A stretch of DNA of 63,747 bases, filler included, from Intoshia linei (taxonomy: Eukaryota; Animalia; Orthonectida), in the NCBI GenBank assembly GCA_001642005.1. It is 7 parts of 7 records of this genome, joined end to end, with 100 filler letters (N's around TTAATTAATTAA, not from the genome) between each part and the next. Parts side by side here need not be neighbours in the genome. Positions count along the whole stretch, not along the records: positions 1 to 20,907 come from LWCA01000665.1; 6 more parts are not named here. One strand, written 5' to 3'. The translations under genes and the position numbers were made by a program. The notes beneath the pieces were generated by a model. That model made no database searches. It worked only from the letters and a program-made list of their open reading frames with translations, and was not told the origin of the DNA. This document shows positions 1 to 12,961 of the stretch, piece by piece (position 1 is the first letter of the stretch; each line of letters begins with the position of its first letter).

Positions 1-484
1 TTATTAATTCTAAAAAATAAACACATTATTGTTTTTTATCATTATATTATTATAATTCGCTCGAATTTTTTTTAGTGGGGCCTGGGATTTTTTTAACAGT
101 AAAAGTGGGGCCTAGCATCAAAAAAATTAAGAAACACAGCTCTAAACTAAATAATTGCGATTAAAGGTTATATAATATATATAGTTATAATATAAACTTT
201 ACACTAACTTATAAACGTAATTAAATATTCAACTGAATACAATGTTACAATAACTTGAACACTTAACTGCAAAATATATACTTATACAAACAATATTTTG
301 AAATAATTATGCTGGCTATACCATCTTAATAAATATTTATTATATATGATGTTATGAATAATGTTTGGAAAAACCACCACTTCATCAAATAATTATGTAT
401 TTGCTAAGACCATTCAATAAATTTATTTTATCTGTTCGTTTACTTTGTTGAGAAAATTAGTACATTACTGAAATTCTATAGTTT

Positions 485-3400
485 ATGGCGACAAAAGCTT
501 ATAAACCAAATCCTTTAGTCACAGTAAGCATCACAATATCACATTATAATATAAAATTTAGGCGCAAAACAATTATAATATAAATAAAGAGGTATTTGAA
601 AAAGAATCTGATAAGAAACATGAACCGATTTCTCCAAGTAAAGTGATACACATTCGTAATTTGCCTAGTGACATCACCTACAGCGAAGTTGTCAGTCTAA
701 GTAACTTGATCATAATCATGTTTTGTGGTTAAAATTTATTTAGCTTCTGAATATGGAAATATAAAAAAAATGATTCTGAGCAGAAGAAAAAGTCAAGTAA
801 ATAATAATATGATTTGATATTATGCAGTAGTTATATCAAATACGCGATCAGCCGCAACTTTGTATATATTAATATTTACAAAAGATTTCATCTTGTTTGG
901 ATCAAACGATAGGCTTAATTGTAAATATATCTTGAAACGGCATAACCTACATTAGTGATTAATGTATTTTTTTGAGTGATTTGCAATTTTTTAAAAAACT
1001 ATTTTGACATGCGAATTATACATTATTCACTGAGGTGCAGTTATCTAAAATTTATAATAATACGGCCACTATCGCTTCAAGTTCCATATTCAAATTATTG
1101 AAATAAATTAATTTCTATTATCGAAACCGACTGTTCCAAAGTGTTCCCACGTCTCTAATTTTTGCGGACCGTCGAATAAATGAATCAAAATTATGAAACG
1201 TTATAAATTCTTTCAAAACATAGCATAATAAATTATTAATGCTAGTTTACATTTTGAAATTTTACTTTTATCGATTGCCAGCACTAATTGTGATTCTATT
1301 TATTAAATAAGAATCTAAAAATCATAATGTAAATTACTAGCATTTTAAAAACATGTTAACTTAACCTGAAATGTCATTAAGCACGTTCCAACACTTACCA
1401 AAAAGATTTGAAAACGCAACCCAACATTTATCTAAATTAAATTTTTAACGTAAATAATTGAATCGCACTAAATATATATGATAAACAATAGTATCCTCAA
1501 GATCACATAATTTTGTGGTCTCAGCTTGGCTGGTCGCTCTATTTTGTTTGTTAAAATATTTTTAGGCTCTTATAGAAATGGCTACTTTGGAAGCTTCAAA
1601 AGACTTAATAAAATCAGATAAAAAGTGTATACTACGTAATCGACCAGTATTTCTCCAATTTTCGACATATTCGCAACTTCATACCAATATTGTGCCACCT
1701 AAAGTTAAGCAGGTTTTATCTGCCGCCAACGAGATATACAGACAAAAAGTAATTTCAGAAATGCTGAAAAACGATGAGACAGAAAATATAAACGAAGAAA
1801 CCGAATTAACCAATAATATTGGAAATTTAAATTTAAAAGGAAATATTGACGAAACGGATCCATCAATGATGATTCTAAATCATTCTAAAAGTGTTTCAGA
1901 CTGTATTCAACCCATTGGTGACATATCCAATGGTTCTGTAATTATTCGTGCTTTTGTTGAAAATTGCGGGCATCCAATAAATGTTGATATATTTTCAAGT
2001 ATTTTCTCAAAATATGGATATGTTAAAAAAGCCGTAGGTTTCGTTAGAAATGGCATCTGCCAGGCTTTAATTGAGATGAGTGACAGTGTCTCAGCTTATA
2101 TGTCATTAAAGGTACATTTCAATAAACAAGTGGTTCAGAAATAGAAAACGGTAAGCAAATAACACATTGTTTTCTTAAAACGTGAACAAAGTAGATTCTT
2201 TTGTTAAAACAATTGTACTACTTGCCGCTAATCCATATTTGAAACTCTTCTTTAAATTTTAATAATGGATTTTTAGAATTTGAATGGAACTTATCTGTAT
2301 CCTGGTTTTCCTTATAAATTTCGTCTTACGTTGTCCAAGCTAACTTCTCTTAAAATAGATGCAAATACCAACACTCAAAAGGATTTCACTATTGAAAGAA
2401 GGCGAACTATAGGAAGTTTGCGATCTTTAAACAACAATTCCGATATCTTCAACCAGATGAAACACAATTATATTCAAAATCAGTTATCGCCGATTACAAA
2501 CCGTATGCCTCCGTTCGGTTTAGACGATATGATGTCGATGAATTATTATCAGCCAGGTATATATACTTGTAAGTATGGCATATAGTCAACATCATAGATA
2601 ATTATCACACTATGTATGCTCCCTACAATATGCTACCTTATCCTCCGTATGAAAGTATATTATTTTAAATTACAGTGAATGTATTCAAAAGTGACCATTT
2701 AAATGTACACACATCCGTAAAATAATTACTGTCTACTACGTGTTTATGAGAGTTGAATGAATTTGCGAGGATGGAATATATTTCATATACATTAAAATGA
2801 AATAAGATAATATTTCTTAAAGGTTTTAATTTTATTTAGTGTTAGTCAAATGAACAGTAGAAATATTCTTTTACACACAAATAGTCAAAAATAATTTCGT
2901 CGTCCCAATATTTTTTATGGCCTTTTAATAATTTTAGAATACAATTTATAAGTAAATTGTTGCTGATAGATACTATTTTATTCTTTACATTAAATGCTTA
3001 TAATCGCATCATTACTCCTGGCTTGGAGCAACAACCCAAAACTAGTTTAATATCGTTTCTGCAACATTAAGATTAATGTTTCCTTATTTTATTGTTAATG
3101 GTCATTTTTGACACCGTTCACTGTAACAATCTAATATTTAGCGAGTGACTATAATAATTCTATATTAAAATGTAACAATTACAGGGCTGTTTTGCTTATA
3201 TCTAATCTATGCAAAGAGGTTACTTGTCATAAAAACGTTTAATATAATTTAGAATACCACTCCGGACACCTTATACAATATTTTCAGTTAACATAGATAT
3301 ATCAGAATATAACCCATTATAGGTATATACGGAAACATTCTGCGCATCAAAATTATTTTTAATAAAAAGGATTCGGCACTTATTCAATTTTATACAAACA

Positions 3401-4268
3401 ATGAAGCTGAAAACGGTTTATTAGACTGATATCATAGTGAATATAGTATATTCAACCATCTCACTAGTGAACCCAGTTCATAGAGCTATCAATTCAATTT
3501 AATTAATTGTTCAGAATGTCGGCTATCTTTGAGTAGTGAGAAGAAACGATTTGGTTTACACATTTTGAAATTAAAACTATACTTATCCCAATAGGATATT
3601 AATGTTAATTAAATTAACCGTAGATAGAAAATGCGCACTAGTGAGGGTTTTATATATTGACAATAATAAGGTTAACTATTTATTTAGCAAAAAATATTCT
3701 AAACGATACTATTTTGCATGGAAAAAAGATAGCAATTATAAATTCAAAATACTGCAACGTTCAATTTCCAAAAAATGGACACACGGTAACATTATGTAAT
3801 TTTAATAATGTCAGAATAGTCAGAGTTTCAATATACGAAAAGTTATAGTGGGCCATGCAATCCAATCAGATTAATTCATCAAAATAGCAAATACGTAGTT
3901 AATCGTCCAACCCCAGCCTTGTTGATGACGCTATTGTAATTTATTATATTGTATTAGTATACACTGTCGATTAGGGGTGATATTAGTTCTGATGGCTGGG
4001 AAACTTTAGAAAAAATAATTGGAAAAGTTTACAAAAAAATTGACGAGTATTATTTCATTTGAAATATTTCCTAATTTTTAATATTTTAGTATAAATGCGG
4101 AAAACACATACATAATAAATACTTTTACAGTAGATGAAGCTTCCAAAATTCTCATGGTTCGTATATGTTTAATTTATATAACGTTATTTAAAGGAGAATC
4201 ATTTGAAAAAAATTGAGAATGTCGAAATGGTATTTGCTTTCTCAAGACCAATTCCAGTTAGAAACTGA
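485..4268 (+). CDS. PTBP1: Polypyrimidine tract-binding protein (PTBP/hephaestus family), 4 RRMs, multi-exon
   Basis: Exons 485-523, 562-700 (PSKVIHIRNLPSDITYSEVVSL), 744-796, 1566-2111 (ALIEM...RNGICQALIEM), 2277-~2556 (LSKLTSLKIDANTNTQKDFT), ~3185-3218 (AVLLISNL), 3253-3286, 3323-3415 (YGNILRIKIIFNKKDSALIQF), ~3688-3785, 3820-~3935, three more short exons, ending VFAFSRPIPVRN* at TGA 4266-4268. These match PTB RRM1-4 in order with GT-AG introns. Linker exons between 2600 and 3180 are not fully resolved. Confidence 0.92.
825..1495 (-). mobile_element. Decayed hAT transposase fragment inside PTB intron 3
   Basis: Minus strand near 1120-1200 reads IRDVGTLWNSRF, the hAT D-V-x-T-R-W-N-S motif, surrounded by stops. 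Boundaries approximate. Confidence 0.5.
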
Positions 4269-4297
4269 ATACATGCAAAAATAAATTTTAATAAAAA

Positions 4298-4700
4298 CTA
4301 ACAATTATCTAAATGATACGCTTCTCTATTTCTTTTCGTCAATTCTGTGGCTTTGCGAGAAATTCTCATAATATACGGTATAAAAATTAATACAACGCTA
4401 AAAATGACTATCGTATTAACGTGGTGATTAGTTTTGTTGATCCATCGATTAAAATCATACAATCTTTAAAATACAAACTTTAAATTTAATATATTTAAAA
4501 AATACTCCATTTCGGTTGGAACTGATTTTATAGAACGATATCTACCAGATAAAACAAGCAACATTTTGGAATAGATATTTGTCTTTATGATAGGTGGTTT
4601 GAAAGTCTAATATAGTAATGTTCATCCATAAAGATTGTTTATTTACCTCAAAAAGACATCTACGAGTCATTAAATTTGATATTTTTAACTTGGACAGCAT
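4298..4700 (-). CDS. FAM162/UPF0389 (DUF1075)-like small mitochondrial membrane protein, 106 aa, 3 exons
   Basis: Exons 4700-4647, 4606-4506, 4463-4298 (40- and 42-nt GT-AG introns) join in frame: MLSKLKISNLMTRRCLFE / TFKPPIIKTNIYSKMLLVLSGRYRSIKSVPTEME / LYDFNRWINK...TIVIFSVVLIFYTVYIM...RKATELTKRNRE...*. KMLLVLSGRYRSIKSVP resembles FAM162 KKILIWSGRFKKEDEIP. One TM segment and a basic presequence-like N-terminus. Confidence 0.7.
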
Positions 4701-5102
4701 GTAATATCTTATTTTAATCGAAATTATAAATACGTTTTTCAATTTATTTTATACTATTGGTTGGCACGCCAACTCAAGTTTATCAATATTGAATTTCCAC
4801 ATTCAGTGTATCCTTGACTTAAATTGTCATATTCTCGCATAAATCTGTTCGTCAAAGTTATTAGCAGGTCGCGACTTGTATTTATTCCACTATGGTCTCC
4901 AATGTCTGAACGTAAGACACTATTAATTGTTTACCCTTTAACAAAAATGCTGATGTAATTATACAAGGTAAGTTCATATTTTTATAGTTGGCAGCATTTA
5001 AGTATATATTGTAGAAATACTCCGTATATTTTCAGTAAGAAATCCTTATATACAATTCAGATATGAATAACTGTTTATTACATTTCATATTGAAAGGGAA
5101 TT

Positions 5103-6460
5103 TTACACTTTATAACTATTGTTATAGCCGTACATTTGTTTACTTTTGAATCGTCCTTGATTAAATTTATTAAAATTCAATCGTCCCTTATTTCTATTTG
5201 GAAAGTTCCAACGTGGGCCATTTGACAATCTCTTGACATTAGTGAATGAACGACGTTGATATGTTGATGTATTGATTCTATGAAATAAATGAGAAAGGTG
5301 AATTCTATAATAGTGAAGTAATTACGAATTTGTAAGTCTTTCATTGATAATAGTAAGTTTCATTTTTCTACCTTCAAACATAATTAAAAAAAAAACAAAA
5401 ATTTTTACCATCCAATAAAACATTGTTGAATTTATTCCTAGCTCCAACGGCTGACTTCATATTAAAAAAATGTACTTCAGCATTCCCCATGGATCGCCCC
5501 ATCTTATTGTAATTTACACTAAATTTTCTTACTCCAAATTCAGAAAATATTTCCTAAATATAATTATTCATACCTCAAGTTCAAAGTTGGATTAATCCTT
5601 TAATTAATTAATGCGTTGTGTTTGATCACTATCACACTATTTGAACTGATAAAACGAGAAAAATAAATTGTTTCACCCACGTTGAGTAACCCAAAATAAC
5701 AAAAATAACATTAGTTTTCAGAAAGTTAGAATAACAAGATTAATAATACCCAAAATAAGAAATGTGGGTAATAGTAATCAATACATTTTAAGTTTTGTTA
5801 TTATATGCACCTTGTCCAGATTTAACTACATTTAAAATGTAAAAACGGTTAATTTCATTGGAGATTAATCCATACAAAAATTATCATGTTGATCCTAATG
5901 AAAACATTCCACACCTTCTTAATGATGACTATTCGCTTCACTCAAAGCGTAATATAATAAATACAATCTTGAATATTCAACATTTCTACAACCAAAATAT
6001 TATAAATTGTCGGATTGCAAATAAAATTCAGTCAATAAATATTTAGCAATAATAAATCATTTCAATCATAAAAGTTGCAAAATTAGTCTTAATTCCCATC
6101 AATACACAAACACATTTTCATCATCCATATGCCGCAAACCTTAATATCTTCATCATTAATTCCGAAATGCAGATTTTCAACTAGTAATTTTCCTACTTCT
6201 TGTCTCACTTGATAAGAAACATTGGGACTAACCGTTAAAGGTCTTCGACGGTAATATACTCGTTCAACAAATTGATTATTCTAAAAATTTCATTGTAACT
6301 ATCCAAATACCGTTACATTATTGGAATTGTTTTGTCGTTTCTCATAAGATCTATTAATGTGGTTAGATCCTAAGATAATTCGTTTTTGTTGGATTTGCGA
6401 TGTTTTATCACCTATTCGGCGTTTATTGTTTCTGTATCTATTCAAACTAGCCTTCATCAT
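5103..6460 (-). CDS. ALYREF: ALYREF/THOC4-like mRNA export adaptor (single RRM), 218 aa, 5 exons
   Basis: Exons 6460-6311, 6280-6140, 5553-5409, 5371-5326, 5277-5103 join in frame. RRM GKLLVENLHFGINDEDIKEIFSEFG...VNYNKMGRSMGNAEVHF...FNNVLLDGRKMKL matches Aly/REF [25 protein letters not shown]...HYDRSGRSLGTADVHF...YNGVPLDGRPMNI. An AATAAA lies about 25 nt past the stop. Confidence 0.88.
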
Positions 6461-7249
6461 TAAATTTTAGTTATCAAATTTTTAAAAAGATATCTAAATT
6501 ACGTCTGCTACAATATGGTGTTTTTGTGTACGTTGTTATATTAACAAAAACAAAAATAAAATCGTTATAGAGACACTATAATAGAGTTAGTTACTTATTA
6601 TTATTACGCTTATGGACTATAGTTCTGCATCGGATCGTGTTGAGGTGATCTGTATTGTGCTTCCAATATGAATCGTAATGATGCACTCATGATTCATTAC
6701 TATGTAACTTAGTTGTAAATTTGTAAATGTGTTTATTCATATAAGGAAAATTGGGATTTTTCATCCGTAAGATGTGAGTTTTGGAGGTTGAAATTTATCT
6801 TATGACGCGACAATATTAATTTTAAATTATATGCATTAATTTTATATTTGTTACAAATTTTTATAACATTTTATTGTGAAAATAAAGTTTAATTTAAACT
6901 TTTTAAGGAAAAATTTCGATGTCAAGTGGCCAGGTCCAAACTAAACAAATTTGAATAATTTTTTTAGGAAAGTGATCACCATCACCAATAATCTTGATGG
7001 TGAAATATACTTTTTGATCTTTGAATATGGTGATCACCCTATTATATATATATATATATATGGGCCTACAATTTTCATCTGACCCGGAACTAATGCTGAC
7101 TATCCACGGGCCTTGGTAGAAGGGGAAATTGACTATACTTTGTTTTCGAATAGGTGAGTTACTGGTTAAAACACAAAATATTTAAATTTTGTAATCACGA
7201 TCTGAACACGAAATATAAAAATTTTGTAAACACAAACCGAAGTTTGTGT

Positions 7250-8153
7250 TGATCATAAGCAAGGGTGGTCGATGTACTGATATCAGCAGATTTTTTTAAA
7301 TATATAGATGACTAATGTTAACTGAATAAAGTAATATAAAATATTTCCCCAACGACGCTTGTGATTCTCACAAATTTTTAATGCTTTGAAGAAAATATTA
7401 TAACAATGTAAGTAAAAGTTAATATATCCTTCGATAATTATCGAATTAAAATTTAAATAATATTATTAAATTGCCCAATTCTTAAAAATTAAAATACTAT
7501 TGTCGTAATGTACAAATATATCTGCAAATTTTTGGCAAATGAAATTGATTAAATCGGATGTGATCAACCCAATTTTAGAACTATTTTACATTAGTCATCT
7601 TTTCTTCCACAATTGCAACAATTCTATAATTTCTTCTTTATTTATTAGATCATCCAACCCTGTATTCCAAAATGTGTACACTACATGATATGCAGCTATC
7701 AAAATGATTACGTTAGATGTATCTTTTTGAATATTGATATTTGCATTGCTATTCTATCTAAAATCGATATGCATTTTTTAAGTGATAACTGAAAACTGGT
7801 TGAACCAATTTTTTTTTACAGCCATCAATAAAATGTCATAACGAGAGTTCCACCTAGTCACACCATAACGTGGCAAATCTCGGCTACATATAAAATTTTG
7901 AACTGTTTTTAATTTATTATCATCAAAATATTTTTTTTGAAAACATCTCCCTTTAATAAATTAAATAAATGTGCTCCACATTTGACCGGTACAATATCTG
8001 GGTATTTATTATTCATTATATTGCAACATTCATAGGCATCAACTATCATAGATATGTAATTTTAGCTTTAAATTTGTATTTAAAAAATTGCTGTTAAATT
8101 AAAAAGCACTTGCTGTCTGCACAGCAAAAAACAGCAGTGCTGTTTCCATCCCT
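7250..8153 (-). mobile_element. Decayed hAT element
   Basis: Terminus CAGGGATGG (reverse complement at 8145-8153) and minus-strand DLPRYGVTRWNSRYDILLM near 7820-7880, with many stops. Left boundary not found. Confidence 0.55.
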
Positions 8154-8166
8154 GGATATGATAAAT

Positions 8167-8340
8167 CAGTGGTTCTCAAACTAATTCTGTTGTGGTGCAC
8201 TGAAAATTAATGAAACATTTGGCGGTGACACAATATGTAAAAAAAGTTAAAATTGATTGCTCCCAAAAAATTGACTGGGCTTTGATGGAATAGTGGAATT
8301 ATAGTTAAAAATTTCGTGACGTACGGTTTGGGAACCACTG
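8167..8340. mobile_element. hAT (Charlie/Buster-type) MITE
   Basis: TIRs CAGTGGTTCTCAAAC / GTTTGGGAACCACTG; TSD poorly preserved. Confidence 0.7.
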
Positions 8341-8966
8341 TAATAGTGGAAAATCAATACAGATTTCATTTTATATAAATTGAGTATATTTTTGGCCCAC
8401 ATCGCCATTATGAGATTCCGAAATTGGAAATAAAATTAATAACATGATAATAACTTACTTTACAAGTGACTTTGTTAATAATAAGTAAAGGATTCAGAAT
8501 TTATTAGAAAATCAATCAAAAACAAAACGTAATTATCAAAAAATAAAATGTTTCTAATCTTAATTACTATCTTTATCGCATGTGAGTCATTACTGCGATA
8601 CCTATAGTGTTAATTGTAATCATCACTGGACTACCTAAATATTACTATTTAATATTAAAAATCTTGTTACTACTTTGAAAATAATTAAATATTAAGTTGA
8701 GATATTGAGATAAGGCTCGATACACATGCCGACCGACAAGAATATTGATCTTAATTCATGCATACAACTCAAATTAATGTAAATGAAGAAGTATATTTCA
8801 AAATTTTATTATATAATTAAAATATACATCTATATTAGACATAACTGACAAATGTTAGACAGTATAGGGTAGGGTGAGACTAATTTTGGGAATTTGGTGA
8901 AATAAAAATTAGTCATACATGACATAGGGGAAATTCGCCATATACTACGTGAAAAGTTGATGTATT

Positions 8967-11900
8967 TCAACTTGTATAAATTTGATTCAAACGTTGTCCC
9001 ACTGACAATGGCATTGATTTAATAAATTCGTCCCATTGCTCTGCTGATACTTGAGTTTTTATCTTCTCACAAATTTGATTGAAATCATTTCGGACGTTAT
9101 CTGGTGGGTTATCCCAGGAAACCAATGTATCACATAGCGGAATAAACAATTGTAGATTAAAGTTGTTGTTCAAACGCTTATCTACAGCCATCAATAGTCC
9201 CCTGTAAGAAGAACTTTTTTCATATACGTCGTGATATGACGCTAAAACTTTACATAAATTAATTATAAATGAATCGAGATATTTCGAGGCTTCATCAGAG
9301 TTACAATTGCACATCCTACAGATCAAAACTGTTGTATTTTGAATAACTGAAATTGGCATTGAAAAGTCATTTATAATATTAATAAATATTGGGAAGAACA
9401 TGGGGACATATTCAGCAAAGTTTTGGCTCATGTGCTGAGATAATTGGCTGAGTAGCAATATAGCATTACTAGCTGCACGATTTTTGGGAGTATTTAAAAG
9501 TTTCACTATTGGGTCAAAGAATTCGATAATATAACCTGAAAAATATTGTAAGCAATACTTAGCTAAATCACCAAGAAGTGCATAAGCACTTTGTTTGATA
9601 ACAAGGGCATCCTGCAAACAACATTTGTGTATTAACTTTATCAATTTTGCGTCCAAGCTTAAAAATTTGCAAAAATTATTGTTTAAACTGACCACCAGAG
9701 CTCCAATTAAATCCAAAGACACAATAAAAAACCCTGTATCAGGTTCATCCACGTCGCTTGAAAAAGAAATATAAGCTTCCTGTAATGTTAATGTGTGTTC
9801 CAACAAATCAAAGGCAATTAGGTACATTTTTTCAGCATAAGGTTCTACGTAACTGTTCACCGTTATAACTACTGAAATCACACTTTCCCATACAGAAAAA
9901 AAAGTAGGATCTTGCATACTAGTCTTCTCCCATTTATCAATCAGTAAAACAAACAATCTATCAAAAATAGCTTTATCACATAAAGATTGGTATGTAACAG
10001 TAACAAAAGTAGTAACTGTGTCATATAGCATATTCAAATTTTTCTTTTGGTATTTATTTAAAGCTTTTATGAGAGTTTCAAAGGCTGGATTACTATATTT
10101 CGACAAATCGTTTCTAGCACACTCAGAAAATAAAGAAAGAGCAGAACATGCAGCTTCTTGTACCTTTTTATTATCATCAAGAATCAGCTTTAATAACACT
10201 TTAATAGCAACATCAAGATAATCTACATTGCTACTGTTCTGGTATATCCACTTAGCATGACGACTTGTGGTCCAACAGCTTATACTGCGAACAAGTGAAT
10301 TTGCATCTTGCATTTGATTAAACAAAAAAGTAACAATGCTATTCATATGAGGTTCTATAGTTCTTTCTGCACCATAAGATATTGCTCCCAAAAATAAAAC
10401 AGTTGCTTCCCGAATTTTCCAATCACTAGAATTCATACACTTCTCCAATAACGGTATCAAAGCTTTAAACAAACGATCACCACAAATGTTGGATAAATTA
10501 TCCATTGTTGCTGCTGAGCATTTTCTAAGGTTCCATTCATAAACATCCAAATATCCCTCGTCATCTGAAGTATATTCATTATTTCTTCCATTTTCGTGAT
10601 CGTCTTTTTCACCATATTTAGAAAAACCTGAATGACTGGACGGTAGAAGGTCTTCTTCTTTGTCTGGGACGTGACTATCCAAAACAGTATCTTCATAATG
10701 AAACAGTTCTACATCTTCATCAGAATATCTCATGTTTTTAAATAAAATTGTAACCAAACTCAGAAACATTTCATGTGACATATCTTCTGAAAATTGTTGT
10801 TTCTCCACACATGCCAAAAAATATTCACAGGCTTGAAGAACAACGATTTCATCATCGTCCATTAAACACTTCAAGGCATATTCATCTAAATATATAATTT
10901 ATATACAAAAAAATATCATTTATAATTTCAACTCTGCTTTCACCACCACTACAATATAACCCCGATTTGGCTACTCTCGATTTTTGGGCACTTATGAAAT
11001 AAAGGTTACGGAACCCATCTGAGCAGTATTGATATAAGATCATGGTTACTCAACTGGGTGGTCGCGAAACGTTGACATTATTTATATATTTAAAATGTTT
11101 TTTTAAGTTTTCATAATTTCAATAGAATTTTCAAAATGTAGGCAATCAAGTTGTTGCAGACATAAATACCAACTTTTAGTTTTGGTAAATAATTGGAAAG
11201 AAATACAAGTTTTTATAAAAAGACAGAAGATACAGCCCTTAAGTTAAGTGAATTCGTTAAATTTTAACCGAACTTTAAGTGTAGATGTGAAATATATTTC
11301 AAATATCCTAATTTTCGTAAGTAAAAGTAAACCAAAAATTAGTTTCAAATCACAGTATTTTTAACTTGTTCTATATTTTTTCATTTTTTATCATTATAAT
11401 GTGAAATGTAAAGTACGTTTTCATGTAAAAATTTAAAAGTTCGAACATTCTCAATATAAAAAGGGAAATAAAAAATTATAGAATAGTGAAATAAGTAAAA
11501 CATCAGTTATGGATCCTTTAAACTTAAATGAAATCAGTATTTAAATTATAATTCCGTTATATTCGTGTATTTTCAAAAGAATTAATGACATGAATGCAGT
11601 AATTTCAATAAATTGATAAAAAATCGCCATCATTGCATATTTTTTTAAAATGTAATTGGTTTTAGTCAAAGATCATTTTTCATAGTAAATTTAAAGTACA
11701 GAATACAAATTTTTTAGAAAGTGATGGTTTAAACCAGCCATTCCAACTAGGTTTACGGCAAAATCAAAAATTTTAAATAAAGGTTAAAGACGTTTTAAGA
11801 TCATTAACATTGCCGTAAAATCTCAGCGTCAGAAACACACCTTCATTGTAAAAACCACAAATTATCCTGTTTTAAAATTTCTTAATATCTTATGTTACGA

Positions 11901-12961
11901 AACAAATTAGTAACCTGGTGGCTAAAAATTATGGTAGAATACGGTAATCAAAAAATTTGACATGCATTACAAAAAAGGTTAAGAAACACTAGTGATTCTT
12001 AATAACACTTATATAGTTTATTAATTTAATTTTACCTAAACGATATTTGAATGATGATAGTTTTTCTTTTGGGATATCTATAAGTGTTAACATGGCATCG
12101 CAAATACCTTTTTTAACCACATTATCATTATGAGAAAAAAGAGTAAATAGTGTCTAAATTAAATTGAAGATGATTAAAAGAGCATACGTTTATAAAGGGT
12201 TCAGGGGAAGTGTGAATTAATTCTTTGTTAATTTTCAATATTGCATTGATGCATTTTAACGAATTAACTCGGATTCTATAAGAGGGGTGTCTGCAAAATT
12301 GAATAAACTTTTCTAAGAATGAGTTGTAAAAATTTGTATCCACTTTTCCACACAAATGTAAATTAAATACTTTTTCACCGCCGTCCTGGAGTATTAGCAA
12401 CAAAGTGAAAACAGACACCTAAACATAAAACGTAATTATGAAAATAATTGATAGATACGTCTGCCAATCCTTCATTTGGCGAATCAAGACATTCTCCAAG
12501 ATGAATAATAATGGACAACATGATATCATCAGTAAATTTAGTAGCTATTGATGAGATAACAGCGGACATGGTTTGCCTGATAATTTGCAAATCTTCAGAT
12601 AAGGATTCAAAACACTTTCCAAGTGTTTGTTCAATAACAAGTCCCTTCAGTATGTTGGGAGAATTAATTATGTTATTTTTTAGACATATTCCACTTAGTT
12701 GTCTAATATTTATAGCTAATACGTAGAATTAATTTGGAATACAAATTATTACCTAAATCCTTATTAGTAGCGATCTCAAGTAAATACTGGTTGAATTCAA
12801 AATTACTACTGTATTCTGATATGGACTAAATTTAAATAAATATCAAGTTTGTACAAGAGAAATTCAACCTTTTGAAGTCTTGTTTGAGTGTCAGTATCGC
12901 CTTTTGTGATGTTGCTAAAAACCTGGACCAAATTATTGAGAATTTCGTCGCTCAAAACCAT
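8967..12961 (-). CDS. TNPO1: Transportin-1/2 (karyopherin beta-2), HEAT repeats
   Basis: ATG at 12961 (MVLSDEILNNLVQVF). Five short 5' exons (SEYSSNFEFNQYLL; IRQLSGICLKNNI; FIQFCRHPSYRIR) then a ~1.9-kb last exon with the acidic H8 loop (VPDKEEDLLP...SDDEG), WNLRKCSAATMD, LVRSISCWTTSR, DDNKKVQEAACSA, YQKKNLNMLYD and KQSAYALLGDLAK. Confidence 0.96.

Noticed and set aside
10018-10696. ORFs 10018-10221 (+) and 10457-10696 (-)
   Set aside because: Shadow frames of the transportin exon.
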